Part shown: in pieces, positions 37,371-47,615 of the stretch
How the letters are laid out: every line of letters starts with the position of its first letter
Position numbering within the stretch: the stretch's first letter is position 1
Source: an uncultured Nitrospinaceae bacterium
Lineage (GTDB): Bacteria; UBA8248
Direction of reading: 5' to 3'
Length of the DNA: 57,688 nucleotides
Assembly: GCA_964558115.1 (NCBI GenBank)
Contig: CAZLCI010000004.1
Location: forward strand, 1-57,688
Notes under the pieces: generated by a model
Told to the model about the DNA's origin: nothing
Seen by the model: the letters and a program-made list of their open reading frames with translations, nothing else
Databases searched by the model: none
Made by a program: the position numbers and the translations under genes

Positions 37371-38275
37371 TTGATCAAAAACAGGGTGAAAAAATAGATA
37401 TTCGTTCAAAGATTCGTGATTGGCTTTTAGAAGACTTTGGACAGGCCCAATTGCATTTTGATGTAAGCAAAGAGCCTTTCTGTGAGGCCGAACTTCGATC
37501 TAAATCCGAAGCTGTAATTTCTGGTTCAATTTTTATTCAAAACATTTTTGATATCACCCAAGAATTGTTAGGTTTTGGTGTGTCTGAGAAACCAGTTGTT
37601 AAATGGTTAAAGCAAGAAGGGGACACAGTGAATAATGGTGATTTGATTGCTCAAATTTTTGCTTGTAGCCAGACAATTTTAAAAGCAGAACGTACAGTTT
37701 TAAATTTACTATCTCATATGTCAGAAATTTCTACGTATACAAAAAAAGTACTTTGTTCGGCACTTGATTTTCCTGAAACATTTAAGGGAATTCTTGATAC
37801 GAGGAAGAATAGGCCTGGCTTACGTTATTTTGAAAAGTATGCGGTCAGAATAGGTGGCGGAATGAATCATCGTTTGGGTTTTTTTGACGGTGACATAATA
37901 AAGGATAATGATATAGTCGCTGCTGGTTCTATTGAGGCGGCTATAGATCAGAAGTTTGATTTTCGTTATATGACTGATATTCAGATAGAAGTTCAAACTT
38001 TCGAACAACTAGATCAAGTTTTGGAAGATGGGCGTGTGCATATGCTTCTTCTCGATAATATGGATTTGGATAATCTTAAAGATGCTGTTCAACGAATTCG
38101 TCGGGTAGGTTATGCGTCTATGACAAAAAAACCTTATATTCTTGAAGCGTCAGGAATTGGAAATTTGAATTTTTTAGAAGTTGCTTTAACTGGAGTCGAT
38201 TTTATATCGACAAGTAGTCTAGTTCGATCAGCTCCTCCTCTTGATTTTAATCTAAAAATAGTCAAATTAGCATAA
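37370..38275 (+). CDS. nadC: Nicotinate-nucleotide pyrophosphorylase (quinolinate phosphoribosyltransferase); start uncertain
   Basis: AERTVLNLL, DTRK..PGLR..EKYAV..GGG.NHR.G, IKDN, IEV, LLDN, EASG; follows nadA. No in-frame ATG/GTG/TTG near the nadA stop (ATT 37370 or ATA 37394 possible; ATG 37277 overlaps nadA by 94 nt). Confidence 0.9.
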   Translation: MDQKQGEKIDIRSKIRDWLLEDFGQAQLHFDVSKEPFCEAELRSKSEAVISGSIFIQNIFDITQELLGFGVSEKPVVKWLKQEGDTVNNGDLIAQIFACSQTILKAERTVLNLLSHMSEISTYTKKVLCSALDFPETFKGILDTRKNRPGLRYFEKYAVRIGGGMNHRLGFFDGDIIKDNDIVAAGSIEAAIDQKFDFRYMTDIQIEVQTFEQLDQVLEDGRVHMLLLDNMDLDNLKDAVQRIRRVGYASMTKKPYILEASGIGNLNFLEVALTGVDFISTSSLVRSAPPLDFNLKIVKLA

Positions 38276-38473
38276 ATAAAATTGAATTTTATCGAAGAAT
38301 CAATTTTTCTTTCATGGTAAGGTTTTGAATATCTGATTAGTTATAATATCAATACCAATTATTTAATTTTGTGTTCATTAATTGAAAAAAATAGGTTCTA
38401 TGTCTAATATCGATGTATAAAAAAATTTGTCAGAATTTTATTAAATTTTGTTAATACAAACAGGAGAGTCGTG

Positions 38474-39682
38474 ATGGGTGATTGGGGATTGATGGGAGTA
38501 GATTGGGAACAGCGGATTGATTACGATCGTTTGCGTAAGGAGCGTTTACAAAAAGCAAAAGACGCACTTGCCTCTTCAGAAGCAGACGTTTTGTTTGTTT
38601 TTCGAACAGAAGATTGTAGATATTTAACAGGATTTCGGTCTCATTTACATCCTACTGCATCTTTAGGAATGGCTGCATGTGTACTTGCAAAAGGCGGTGA
38701 TCCATATCTATTTAGTATGGATAATGACCATGCGCACTTAAGAATGCAATGGCTTGATGAAGAACAAATCCAGCCTCGTGCAAATCTTCGAGATATTTCA
38801 GCTGTTAAAGAATGGGCAGAGAGAGTAAAGGGATTAATTGGAGATAATCTCGATGGAAAAACAATTGGTGTTGATTTATGGTCACCTGCCATTGAAGAGA
38901 GACTCCGTGAAGCTTTTCCAAAATCAAAATTTATAGATGGTTACGAAGTCTTGATGAAAGCTAAGATAACTAAAACCGTAGACGAGATATCTTGTCTTAA
39001 AGCAGCTACTTTTATAACAGAAGCGGCTTTTGAAGACGGTATCGATTATTTAAGACCTGGGGTGCGCGAATGCGAAGTTCTCGCAGTTATGTGGCACAGA
39101 ATGACAGCTTTGGGTAGTGAATGGACTCAATGTGCAAATATTATTTGTTCAGGCCCTTATACAGCTCCTTATAGAAGACTTACTTCCGACCGTATTATCA
39201 GGAAAGGAGATATGGTGATAATGGATGTGGGAGGATGTTTCAATGGTTATTGGGGAGATTTTACAAGAACATGGGTGTGTGGAGATATAATGCCAACAGA
39301 GGAACAAATAGATTTACATATGAAATGTTACAATGCAGTTTGGGATTCATGTGCTGCATCAAAACTTGGAAATACCACTTTAGATGTATATCAGGCAGCA
39401 GAACCTTATGTTCTAGACAGTCTTGGACATGGTTCAGGTACAAATCCTTGGGAACTTCCTTACTTTAGTCCCGCTGCGTATGAGGATCCTATGCCACTTG
39501 AAGTAGGAATGACTTATAATTTAGAGCCATATGCCGGAAAACCTGGTATTGGTGGATTTAGATTAGAAAATAATTTGGTTGTTACAGAAGGAGAACCTGA
39601 TGTATATACTCCTTACCCATATGATGAAAGATTAGTTACGGATGTACATCCACTTGATACTACTACTGGAAGGACTAGATAA
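38474..39682 (+). CDS. M24 family (Xaa-Pro peptidase/creatinase-like) metallohydrolase
   Basis: MDVGG..GYWGDFTRT, GHG.G, LEP, RLEN metal ligands. Confidence 0.9.
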   Translation: MGDWGLMGVDWEQRIDYDRLRKERLQKAKDALASSEADVLFVFRTEDCRYLTGFRSHLHPTASLGMAACVLAKGGDPYLFSMDNDHAHLRMQWLDEEQIQPRANLRDISAVKEWAERVKGLIGDNLDGKTIGVDLWSPAIEERLREAFPKSKFIDGYEVLMKAKITKTVDEISCLKAATFITEAAFEDGIDYLRPGVRECEVLAVMWHRMTALGSEWTQCANIICSGPYTAPYRRLTSDRIIRKGDMVIMDVGGCFNGYWGDFTRTWVCGDIMPTEEQIDLHMKCYNAVWDSCAASKLGNTTLDVYQAAEPYVLDSLGHGSGTNPWELPYFSPAAYEDPMPLEVGMTYNLEPYAGKPGIGGFRLENNLVVTEGEPDVYTPYPYDERLVTDVHPLDTTTGRTR

Positions 39683-39695
39683 GAAAAGGACAAAA

Positions 39696-40544
39696 ATGGA
39701 GAGTTCAATTTTTTCAGAAATAGTTTCCACTGAGTGGTTGAATGAAAACTTGACTGATCAAAACCTTAAAGTAGTTCAGGTTTCATTTGGAAATGACGAT
39801 TCAGAGTTTGAAAAGGAACATATCCAAGGTTCCGTTTGGTGGTATTGGAAATCAGTTCTTTGGCATGAAACTGATAGGTCTTTTCCTTCACCAGAAGATT
39901 TGGCTATACGTTTAGGCACTTTTGGAATTGATTCAGAGACCACAGTCGTCCTATATGGGGATCCTGTACAATTTGGAACCTATGCGTATTGGGTTCTCAG
40001 AATGTGTGGTCATCAGAAAGTTTGTATTCTTGATGGTGGACTAAAAAAATGGAAAGCTGAAGGTAGACCACTTACGGATATCCAATCGCAATATGAGGAG
40101 AAAATGAACTCTTCTTTTGATGAGTTGAGTTCGTTTTCTGTTGGCAGAGAAAATGTTTTGGAGAATTTAGCATCTTCGGATCGTTTGTTGTTAGATGTCA
40201 GATCTTTCGAAGAATATAATGGTGAGCGTGTCATGCCACCTCCTGGGTTTGATCATGGTGCTGAGAGAACCGGGAGAATACCTGGAGCAACTCATCTTTT
40301 TTATGGTCAATTGATAAATGAGGATGGTACTTTCAAAGAGAATCAAGAATTACGTAGCGTCGTAGAACCGATTTGTGGTTCTTCTGATAATGATAAAGAG
40401 ATAGTTATTTATTGTAGACTCAGTCATAGAGCTACATTAGTATGGTTTGCGATGGTGTTTATTTTAGGATATACAAATGTGCAGGTTTATGATGGTTCAT
40501 GGACTGAATGGGGCAGTATAGTTGGATTTCCTATAGAAAAATAA
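39696..40544 (+). CDS. Tandem-domain sulfurtransferase (rhodanese/SseA-like)
   Basis: HIQGS, LDGG..KW, DVRS..EY.G, GRIPGA, YCRLSHRA, YDGSWTEW. Confidence 0.93.
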   Translation: MESSIFSEIVSTEWLNENLTDQNLKVVQVSFGNDDSEFEKEHIQGSVWWYWKSVLWHETDRSFPSPEDLAIRLGTFGIDSETTVVLYGDPVQFGTYAYWVLRMCGHQKVCILDGGLKKWKAEGRPLTDIQSQYEEKMNSSFDELSSFSVGRENVLENLASSDRLLLDVRSFEEYNGERVMPPPGFDHGAERTGRIPGATHLFYGQLINEDGTFKENQELRSVVEPICGSSDNDKEIVIYCRLSHRATLVWFAMVFILGYTNVQVYDGSWTEWGSIVGFPIEK

Positions 40545-40563
40545 ACTTAAAAAAGAAATTCTT

Positions 40564-41535
40564 TTAGTTAATTTGATTTTTTGGTTTTCTTCTTAAAAGT
40601 ACTCTTCTCACTTCTTCAGCAGCCTTTTGACGAAGTTCGTTTTGTGCATTTGTACTGTACCATGCACTATGTGGAGTAATAATACAATTATCTAGTGTAA
40701 GTAGTTTATTCGTTTTCTTAGGCGGTTCTTCTGTAAGTACATCAAGCGAAGCGGCACGAATATTCCGTTTTTTAAGAGAATTATACAAATCAGTTTCATT
40801 AATTAACTCACCTCTTGCAACATTTATTATGACTGCATCTTTTTTCATCAAAGAAAGTGTTTTTTTTTGGATAATCTCTTTCGTCTTTTTTGTATAGGGA
40901 GCATGAAGGGATAAGTAATCTGCTTTCTTTAGTAATTGTTGTAAAGTCACTTTTTGCGCCTTTAATTTTTTGAAAACTGAATCATCTGTAAATGGATCGA
41001 AAGCAATCAAGTTCATTCCAAAAGCAGAGGCTTTTTTTGCAAGAGCAGCTCCAATTCTTCCAATACCGAGAATACCTAAGATAGATTCTTTCAAAGGATA
41101 TATTGGTCTAATATTTGAAATACCCCAGTTTCCAGATAAAACTTCATCCTTAGCTATTTGAAGTTTTCTTGCATAATATAAAATAAAAGACATTGCATGA
41201 TCTGACACTTCGTCTACACAATAATCGGGAACATAAGTGACAATGATTCCCATCTTCTTTGCTGTTATTTTATCAATATTGTCAGTTCCTACACCGGCTC
41301 TAGAAATGATTCTACATTTTTTTAAAGATTTTATAACTTTTTCTGTCAGATCACATATAGAACCTACTATGATAGCGTCAGCACCATCACATAATTTGAT
41401 AAGTTCGGATTCAGTTTTTCCTATTCCTTCGTTTATTTTGCAGCCTATTGGACTTAAAATATCATTTTCTATAGTTAATGCACCAAATCTAGCTCCAACT
41501 ACGGCAACTTTATGTTTATAATTGTTTTTTTTCAA
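40564..41535 (-). CDS. D-2-hydroxyacid dehydrogenase (CtBP/SerA-like)
   Basis: GVGTDNID, VPDYC..EVSDH, GIGRIG, IN.ARG, DV...EP, TPHSAWYS. Confidence 0.92.
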   Translation of the reverse strand: MKKNNYKHKVAVVGARFGALTIENDILSPIGCKINEGIGKTESELIKLCDGADAIIVGSICDLTEKVIKSLKKCRIISRAGVGTDNIDKITAKKMGIIVTYVPDYCVDEVSDHAMSFILYYARKLQIAKDEVLSGNWGISNIRPIYPLKESILGILGIGRIGAALAKKASAFGMNLIAFDPFTDDSVFKKLKAQKVTLQQLLKKADYLSLHAPYTKKTKEIIQKKTLSLMKKDAVIINVARGELINETDLYNSLKKRNIRAASLDVLTEEPPKKTNKLLTLDNCIITPHSAWYSTNAQNELRQKAAEEVRRVLLRRKPKNQIN

Positions 41536-41597
41536 AGTGATTTCCTCAAATTGGCTTAATATAGTTCCAGGTTAAGATGTAATCCTAGTAAATATAT

Positions 41598-41635
41598 AAA
41601 AAAAACCGTGATTCAAATGGAATCACGGTTTTTTT
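41598..41635 (-). terminator. Intrinsic terminator downstream of the ferredoxin gene (symmetric, potentially bidirectional)
   Basis: A-tract-CCGTGATTC-aaatg-GAATCACGG-T-tract. Confidence 0.88.
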
Positions 41636-41648
41636 ATAATTCAGATAC

Positions 41649-41960
41649 TTATCTCAATTTATTGTCTGTTCTTTTCGGTGGGTCATTAGCTGCTCTGGGC
41701 TCTACAGGGTCATTACTACTAAAGTCAGGAGCAAGATCAGCATTTATTTGTGTCCATTCTGGATCATCATCTTCTGTCTCTAAAATGGCATCAATTGGAC
41801 ACTCTGGAAGACATACACCACAATCGATACATTCTTCCGGGTCTATAATCATGAAAGCTTGATCTTGATAATCTCCAGGATGAATGCAATCTACAGGGCA
41901 TACATCTACACAGGTTGCATAGCGTTCCCCAAGGCATTTTTCGCCGATAACAAAAGTCAT
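41649..41960 (-). CDS. Dicluster (7Fe-type, FdxA-like) ferredoxin
   Basis: C-x7-CxxxCPxxC followed by CIDCGVCLPECP; acidic C-terminal tail. Confidence 0.92.
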   Translation of the reverse strand: MTFVIGEKCLGERYATCVDVCPVDCIHPGDYQDQAFMIIDPEECIDCGVCLPECPIDAILETEDDDPEWTQINADLAPDFSSNDPVEPRAANDPPKRTDNKLR

Positions 41961-42093
41961 GTATCATCTCCTTGAAAATCAATGGCGGTAAGCTTAAAAA
42001 AACCAAAAACTAATGTGGTTGATGCTAACAGAGCGTTGAATATGAAATCAAGGGCATAATTTATTTTTTTGTTTTTTACATTTATTTATTTTA

Positions 42094-42981
42094 TTAATAA
42101 AGATCTACTAGCCTAGAAGGATTTTCTTGTACCATTAAACGTATTTCTTTACTCTTTAAGCCTATTCTAAGCATAGATGCGATAAACATACGTAACATTT
42201 CAGGTGGTGGTGGATTCCAGTCTAACTGAGCATCTGTTGTCATGAGACATCTATGAGGACCAATTTTTTTCGCGGTTTTTGCGATTAATTTTGGGTCAAG
42301 ACCTTGCCACATAGGGAATGCAGATATCCAGGTAAATTCAATGAAATAACCTAAGTTTGAAACTTCTAATAGTTGTTCATCAGTTGCCCCGATAATCGAA
42401 AGAATTGGATGTGTGAAAATAAATTTTCTTAATCCAATTTTATTCGCTCGTTTTGCTAATGCGACTCCTTCATCAGCAGATAAATGTCCTGTAGCTATAG
42501 CGACATTTGCATCTCTTGCAATTTCTAGAACACCATTAACGTCTTCTGTTATTTCTCCGTCTTTATCGAAAATGTTTAAATTATTTTTTGGAGGAGATTG
42601 TTTATATGCGGCCTGAATTTGTTTGCTATAAGCACCTTTTTTAATGTCATTTTTTGAAGTATAAGTTGGCATCCAGATAATTTTAGCTCCAAGTCTTGTT
42701 GCACTCTCTGCTGCAAATGGTGAGATTCCACCTACATTTGAATTTAGAACTATGGAGCCGATCGCATTAAAATCTTTGTAAACTTGGTTAATCAAATTTG
42801 CTTGTGCCATAGTAGGCCATAGATGGCTTTTCATAACAAACCCTCTCATGCCAGCTTTTAATGCAAGTTCTGCCCATTCATGATCTCTAACTCTACCCGG
42901 TTCTTCTAAAAAAACTTGTGGGAAAATATGAGCGTGAAGATCAATTGAACCCTCTAGTAATTCATCTGCTTCAGTTCTCAT
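42094..42981 (-). CDS. Amidohydrolase-fold TIM-barrel protein (DUF6282-like)
   Basis: IDLHAH, MKSH, LN..VGG, WMPT, TGHL, THP, TTD. Confidence 0.8.
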   Translation of the reverse strand: MRTEADELLEGSIDLHAHIFPQVFLEEPGRVRDHEWAELALKAGMRGFVMKSHLWPTMAQANLINQVYKDFNAIGSIVLNSNVGGISPFAAESATRLGAKIIWMPTYTSKNDIKKGAYSKQIQAAYKQSPPKNNLNIFDKDGEITEDVNGVLEIARDANVAIATGHLSADEGVALAKRANKIGLRKFIFTHPILSIIGATDEQLLEVSNLGYFIEFTWISAFPMWQGLDPKLIAKTAKKIGPHRCLMTTDAQLDWNPPPPEMLRMFIASMLRIGLKSKEIRLMVQENPSRLVDLY

Positions 42982-43097
42982 TTGTATTCCTCTTTTAAAA
43001 ATATATTTCGTATAATAATGCTCTATGGTGTTTTTTTGAGCAAGTATATAAAATTAAAGGCCCATTTTAAACTTTATAAATTTCAGAGGTATTTTTT

Positions 43098-44222
43098 TTG
43101 AGTGATCTATTAGGGACTCCTGTTCGTGATTTGCAGACACCAGTTTTGTTGATTGATCTAGACGTCATGGAAGAAAATCTAAATAAAATGTCTTTAAATT
43201 TTCAAAATAGTTCGATGAATTTTCGTCCTCACTCGAAAACACATAAAAGTCCGCTGATTGCTAAAAAGCAAATAGAAATGGGAGCAATAGGAATTTGTTG
43301 TCAAAAAGTAAGTGAAGCAGAAGTTATGCAACAGGGTGGTATAGAGAACATTCTTTTAAGTAGTGAAATTGTATCCCCTGTAAAACTGGAACGAGTTTCT
43401 TCCTTATCAAATAACTGCGATCTAATGATAGTTGTTGATCACATTCAAGGAGCAGAATTACTTTCTAATGTAATGCAAAAAAATGAAACCGATATTGGAG
43501 TGCTTGTTGATATTGATGTTGGGCAAGGTCGTTGTGGGGTTAGAACAGTTGATGAAGCAGTTTCTCTGGCAAAAAAAATTGATGAATTACCTTCAATAAA
43601 TTTGTGTGGCTTCCAAGCTTATAACGGAAAAGCTCAACATATTGAAGGATTTTATGAAAGAGAGAAGGAATATAGAAATTCAATCACTTTGATGGAAGAG
43701 AGTGTTTATGAATTTAAAAAAAATGGATTAAATATGGATGTTAGAACTGGAGGAGGAACGGGAACTTGGAATTGGGACTTAGATTCTAAAGTTTTAAATG
43801 AAGTTCAAGCAGGTAGTTATTTATTTATGGATTCACATTACGGGAGTATTGGAGGTAGACAGGGAAAAATTTACGAAGATTTTCAAGCCAGTTTATTCGT
43901 GCTATCGACAATCATTAGTTTTCCTGAAGATAAAAAATTTGTTGTTGATGCAGGACATAAAAGTCTTTCTTCTGATAGTGGTTTTGCTTCTTGTTATGAC
44001 TTTAAAGAGGCTATCTATATTTCAGCTAGCGATGAACATGGAATAATTGCAGTTGATTCTTTAAATCCACTTCCAAAGTTAGGGGATTCTTTACTTTTTC
44101 AGCCAAGTCATTGTGATACTACAATAAATCTCTTTAATTATTTTTATGGTATTAGGGGAGGTATGGAAAAAGGTCTTTTAGAAGTTGTATGGCAAATATC
44201 TGCTAGAGGAATGGTTCAATAA
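43098..44222 (+). CDS. DSD1/D-threonine aldolase-like PLP enzyme (fold type III)
   Basis: TP.LLIDL, RPHSKTHK, GRCGV, GGGTGT, EVQAGSY.FMD, DAG.K, SDEHG, PSHCDTT.N. Confidence 0.9.
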   Translation: MSDLLGTPVRDLQTPVLLIDLDVMEENLNKMSLNFQNSSMNFRPHSKTHKSPLIAKKQIEMGAIGICCQKVSEAEVMQQGGIENILLSSEIVSPVKLERVSSLSNNCDLMIVVDHIQGAELLSNVMQKNETDIGVLVDIDVGQGRCGVRTVDEAVSLAKKIDELPSINLCGFQAYNGKAQHIEGFYEREKEYRNSITLMEESVYEFKKNGLNMDVRTGGGTGTWNWDLDSKVLNEVQAGSYLFMDSHYGSIGGRQGKIYEDFQASLFVLSTIISFPEDKKFVVDAGHKSLSSDSGFASCYDFKEAIYISASDEHGIIAVDSLNPLPKLGDSLLFQPSHCDTTINLFNYFYGIRGGMEKGLLEVVWQISARGMVQ

Positions 44223-44230
44223 AATTTCTT

Positions 44231-44653
44231 TTATGGTAATAAACCTATGCCAGCAAATCCTGTTATCAATGCAAAAAAAATTCCAATAAATGCACAAAAC
44301 CTGTGAATTTCCCTGAATTTCTCATTTTGTCTTTTTCGAATTGATCTACCTAAGAATGCTGTTAAATATAAAAAAGATAAAGTAATAGTTGCCAGAAAAC
44401 TGTGTAGAGAATTGTATATAGGTTTTTTTAAAACGAATTTCATCTCTATTAAACCAAGAAGGTATCCAATAGTGAATAGTATAATAAAAATTTTCGCTAA
44501 GCGGATATGTCTTTTAAGAAGAACAGATCTTGAGTCGGTTGATTCTGCAAGTCTGCTTTTTCTTAATTTAAGTCCAAGTTTTAGTACGTAGAAACCCAAT
44601 AATAGTGTTGTAATTTGTATTATCGGGTGGAAATAAACAGTTATCGATATCAT
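44231..44653 (-). CDS. Four-helix membrane protein (DUF4079/cytochrome b561-like)
   Basis: Four hydrophobic helices each with a His at or near it (FHP, RH, LHS, IHR). Confidence 0.65.
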   Translation of the reverse strand: MISITVYFHPIIQITTLLLGFYVLKLGLKLRKSRLAESTDSRSVLLKRHIRLAKIFIILFTIGYLLGLIEMKFVLKKPIYNSLHSFLATITLSFLYLTAFLGRSIRKRQNEKFREIHRFCAFIGIFFALITGFAGIGLLP

Positions 44654-44749
44654 TTATTTAGATTCCTAAATATATTTTCAAGCATTCTAGGGTATGTTAT
44701 AAAAAACTTAAATAGCAAATTTATCTCTTATTCTTAAGGAGGAAATATT

Positions 44750-45544
44750 GTGCACCTAGAAGATATTCAGAGTTTAGCTAAAAGTTGTTCTATTTTTGAT
44801 CTAGGTGTGGAAATGTTTCCAGGAATGCCTCACGTTCCGCTACATGCTCCGTATTCTTGTTCTCTAATTCGCGAACATGGAGATGCAATGTTTGAAGACG
44901 GTGCTTGTGCTTCTGTCGATGTCTTCTTTTGTAGTGGACACACAGGTACGCATATTGATGCAATATGTCATATCTCTAAAGACATGCATCTTTATAATGG
45001 TGTTGATGCAACCAAAGTACAAAGCAAAATCAATGGTTTTTCACAATATGGAATAGAAACAGTTGCCCCTATTTGTAGGAGGGGAGTTTTAATTGATGTG
45101 GCAAGACATTTTGACAAAGAAATATTGGAACCAGGAAGAGCGATTGGAAGAGGTGATCTTTTCAAAGCATGTGCTTCTCAGGGAATTGAGATAAAATCAG
45201 GCGATGTCGTTCTTATAAGAACAGGACATATGCAAATCTGGCCTAATAAAGAATTTTATACTCAGAGAGGAGGAGTCCCAGGTATTAATCTTGAGGCAGC
45301 AAAATGGCTTAGTGATCAAGGGATTGCGATGGTAGGTTCTGATAATTTTGGCGTAGAGGTTATGCCGAATCCTTCTATTCCTGTGCACTGTCATATGCTA
45401 GTAGAGCATGGGATACATCTGATTGAGATTTTAATGCTTGAAGAATTATCGAAAACAAGAACATATGAATTTTTGTTCGTTTGTTTGCCTCTAAAATTAA
45501 GAGGTGGAACAGGCTCTCCAGTTCGACCTGTTGCAATTGTTTAA
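44750..45544 (+). CDS. Cyclase/kynurenine formamidase family metal-dependent hydrolase
   Basis: HTGTHIDA, GD.VLIRTG, GSD..GVE, HLIE, GGTGSPVRPVA. Confidence 0.92.
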   Translation: MHLEDIQSLAKSCSIFDLGVEMFPGMPHVPLHAPYSCSLIREHGDAMFEDGACASVDVFFCSGHTGTHIDAICHISKDMHLYNGVDATKVQSKINGFSQYGIETVAPICRRGVLIDVARHFDKEILEPGRAIGRGDLFKACASQGIEIKSGDVVLIRTGHMQIWPNKEFYTQRGGVPGINLEAAKWLSDQGIAMVGSDNFGVEVMPNPSIPVHCHMLVEHGIHLIEILMLEELSKTRTYEFLFVCLPLKLRGGTGSPVRPVAIV

Positions 45545-45548
45545 ATGT

Positions 45549-46397
45549 TTAGGATAAAACATTTTCTTTTGAAGAAAGCATCGAATTTAAAAATTCTTTT
45601 GTTACTTTAATAAATTCGTCTGGGTCATCAATATATACATGATGGTGTGCACCTTTTATTATTTTGATTTGTACATTTTTCAAGTTTTGTTTTGCCCATT
45701 CAATATCTTCTGATGTGATTCTGTCAGAGAGTTCTCCAATAACTAGTAATCCAGGTACATTTAAGTTTAGCCAACCTTTTACTAAGTCCGAGCCGCCTCG
45801 TTTGGAGTGAAAAGAACGATCTGCTTTTAATAGCCAAGTGCCATCTTTCAACTGACGAACACTATGTTTCGCAATATGTTCTAAGTGTTCTTTCTTGGCT
45901 TTGCCAGAAGCAGGAATCATTCTGAATTTTTCTATGAATAATTCGAGTGAGGCCCAAGGACGGCTCGGCCTACTCCCGAAAGCATTCATTTCTTTAAGAA
46001 TTCTTTCGTTAATGTGGAATGGTGAATCAACAACGATCATAGAAGTAATATTTGGAGATTTTGAAGCGGTTAGCCGCAAAGAAATTCCACCGCCCATTGA
46101 ATGAGCTAGGAGAAAAGGTTTCTTGTTTGTTTCTTTGTAGGCCCAATCTATCCAAAATTCCAAATCTTTTGCAAAATCATCATAGGAGTAGTCTTCTGCC
46201 CAGTCACTGTCACCATGTCCTCGAAGATCCATTGCTACCGGTCTGAAATTGTCCATATAATGGGGTGCAACGAAATCCCACCATTTTGCATGAGCGGCTG
46301 CTCCATGAACTAATAAAAGAACAGGTTTTTTATCGCCGCCATGATCTATTCCGTGTAGTTTTATCCCATCTCTTTCTAAAAAGAATTCTTCTGTCAT
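45549..46397 (-). CDS. Alpha/beta fold hydrolase
   Basis: VHG, DLRGHGDS, AHSMGG, GAHHH. Confidence 0.9.
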   Translation of the reverse strand: MTEEFFLERDGIKLHGIDHGGDKKPVLLLVHGAAAHAKWWDFVAPHYMDNFRPVAMDLRGHGDSDWAEDYSYDDFAKDLEFWIDWAYKETNKKPFLLAHSMGGGISLRLTASKSPNITSMIVVDSPFHINERILKEMNAFGSRPSRPWASLELFIEKFRMIPASGKAKKEHLEHIAKHSVRQLKDGTWLLKADRSFHSKRGGSDLVKGWLNLNVPGLLVIGELSDRITSEDIEWAKQNLKNVQIKIIKGAHHHVYIDDPDEFIKVTKEFLNSMLSSKENVLS

Positions 46398-46480
46398 TAC
46401 AATAATCTCTCCAAGTCTGTTTTTGAAAATACAGTTAATTTAAAATGGAATTTTATTCCTAAAGTAGTTATTTCTTTTGC

Positions 46481-46840
46481 TTATGTGTCTTGATTATCTT
46501 CTGATTCCCTTATTTTTTCTATGTAATTTTTGTATTCGTCCAATGTTGTTTTGTCAAATAAATCGGGTCCTCTGTGATATGCTGAACGTGAGATAAGGTG
46601 TGCTGCCACAGGAGCGGTTATGAAAAGGAAGAATATTGCTAAGAGGGCTTGAGTAGTAACTTCTAATGTTTGAAAAGATAAGATAGTGGAAAGAAGTATA
46701 CCTCCTAAACCCAAGGTAGTTGCTTTTGTTGCTGCATGCATTCTGGAATATACGTCTGGAAGACGAATCAAACCTACGCTTGCAACTAACATAAAAAATG
46801 CACCGATAAACATAACTGTTACTGTCAGAATTTCAATCAA
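46481..46840 (-). CDS. mrpG: Mrp Na+/H+ antiporter subunit G
   Basis: GLIRLPDVYSRMHAATK, TAPVAAH. Confidence 0.93.
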   Translation of the reverse strand: MIEILTVTVMFIGAFFMLVASVGLIRLPDVYSRMHAATKATTLGLGGILLSTILSFQTLEVTTQALLAIFFLFITAPVAAHLISRSAYHRGPDLFDKTTLDEYKNYIEKIRESEDNQDT

Positions 46841-47102
46841 TTATTTTCCCCCGGTCGTGAAATTTAGCATATAGAGTTGTTCCAACAAAGCTTAAAATCG
46901 TAAGGGTGAGAACAACAATCACAAATATTTTATTTCCAGAGTAAATTGCGTAAAGAGCAATAATTCCTTTTCCGTTTGTCACTATAGTATCAGCCGCAAT
47001 AACTTTATCTGCGGTTGTTGGACCTTTGAAAAATCGATATAGAGCTATAAAGACAGATATCACTAACATAATGATTGAAATCTGAATCGTTACTTCGATC
47101 AT
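46833..47102 (-). CDS. mrpF: Mrp Na+/H+ antiporter subunit F
   Basis: R..KGPT.ADKVIAAD, three TM segments. Confidence 0.92.
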   Translation of the reverse strand: MIEVTIQISIIMLVISVFIALYRFFKGPTTADKVIAADTIVTNGKGIIALYAIYSGNKIFVIVVLTLTILSFVGTTLYAKFHDRGKIID

Positions 47103-47605
47103 TCGAATGCTCCTAGAATAGGGTCTTCAAGTCTTTTTTGGATTCTAATTTTCATTTCTTTTAGATCTTTTGAATCAAGAGTGTGTACATAAATTATTTC
47201 AGATTCGTCTGAAACATCTATGCTAAGTGTCCCAGGAGTTAAAGTGATAGAGTTAGCTAGTGAAGTTATCCCTAGAGGTGATTTGCAACGAGTTTTGAAT
47301 GCAAAAATTCCAGGTTGTATAGATAGATTCGGTCTTATGACAATTAGCATAACTTGTAAATTGGCTATTATTAATTCCCACAAAAAACTTAAAACGAATC
47401 TTAATGTGTAAACCAAACGTAAGATGTTTTTTTCTTTTTTCTCATTTCTCCTTATCAATTTTTTCTTGTGTTCATAACTCTTCCACAAAAAAAGTATGAT
47501 AAGAATTGCAATAATAATACCTGTAAAAAAGTCACTCAAGTTTCCTGTGCCCCGCATTAAAATCCAAATAGCGGCTATCGATATTGTTAAAGTTGCTATA
47601 GGCAA
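47099..47605 (-). CDS. mrpE: Mrp Na+/H+ antiporter subunit E
   Basis: LANSITLTPGT, YVH. Confidence 0.93.
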   Translation of the reverse strand: MPIATLTISIAAIWILMRGTGNLSDFFTGIIIAILIILFLWKSYEHKKKLIRRNEKKEKNILRLVYTLRFVLSFLWELIIANLQVMLIVIRPNLSIQPGIFAFKTRCKSPLGITSLANSITLTPGTLSIDVSDESEIIYVHTLDSKDLKEMKIRIQKRLEDPILGAFE

Positions 47606-47615
47606 AGTTTCTCTC

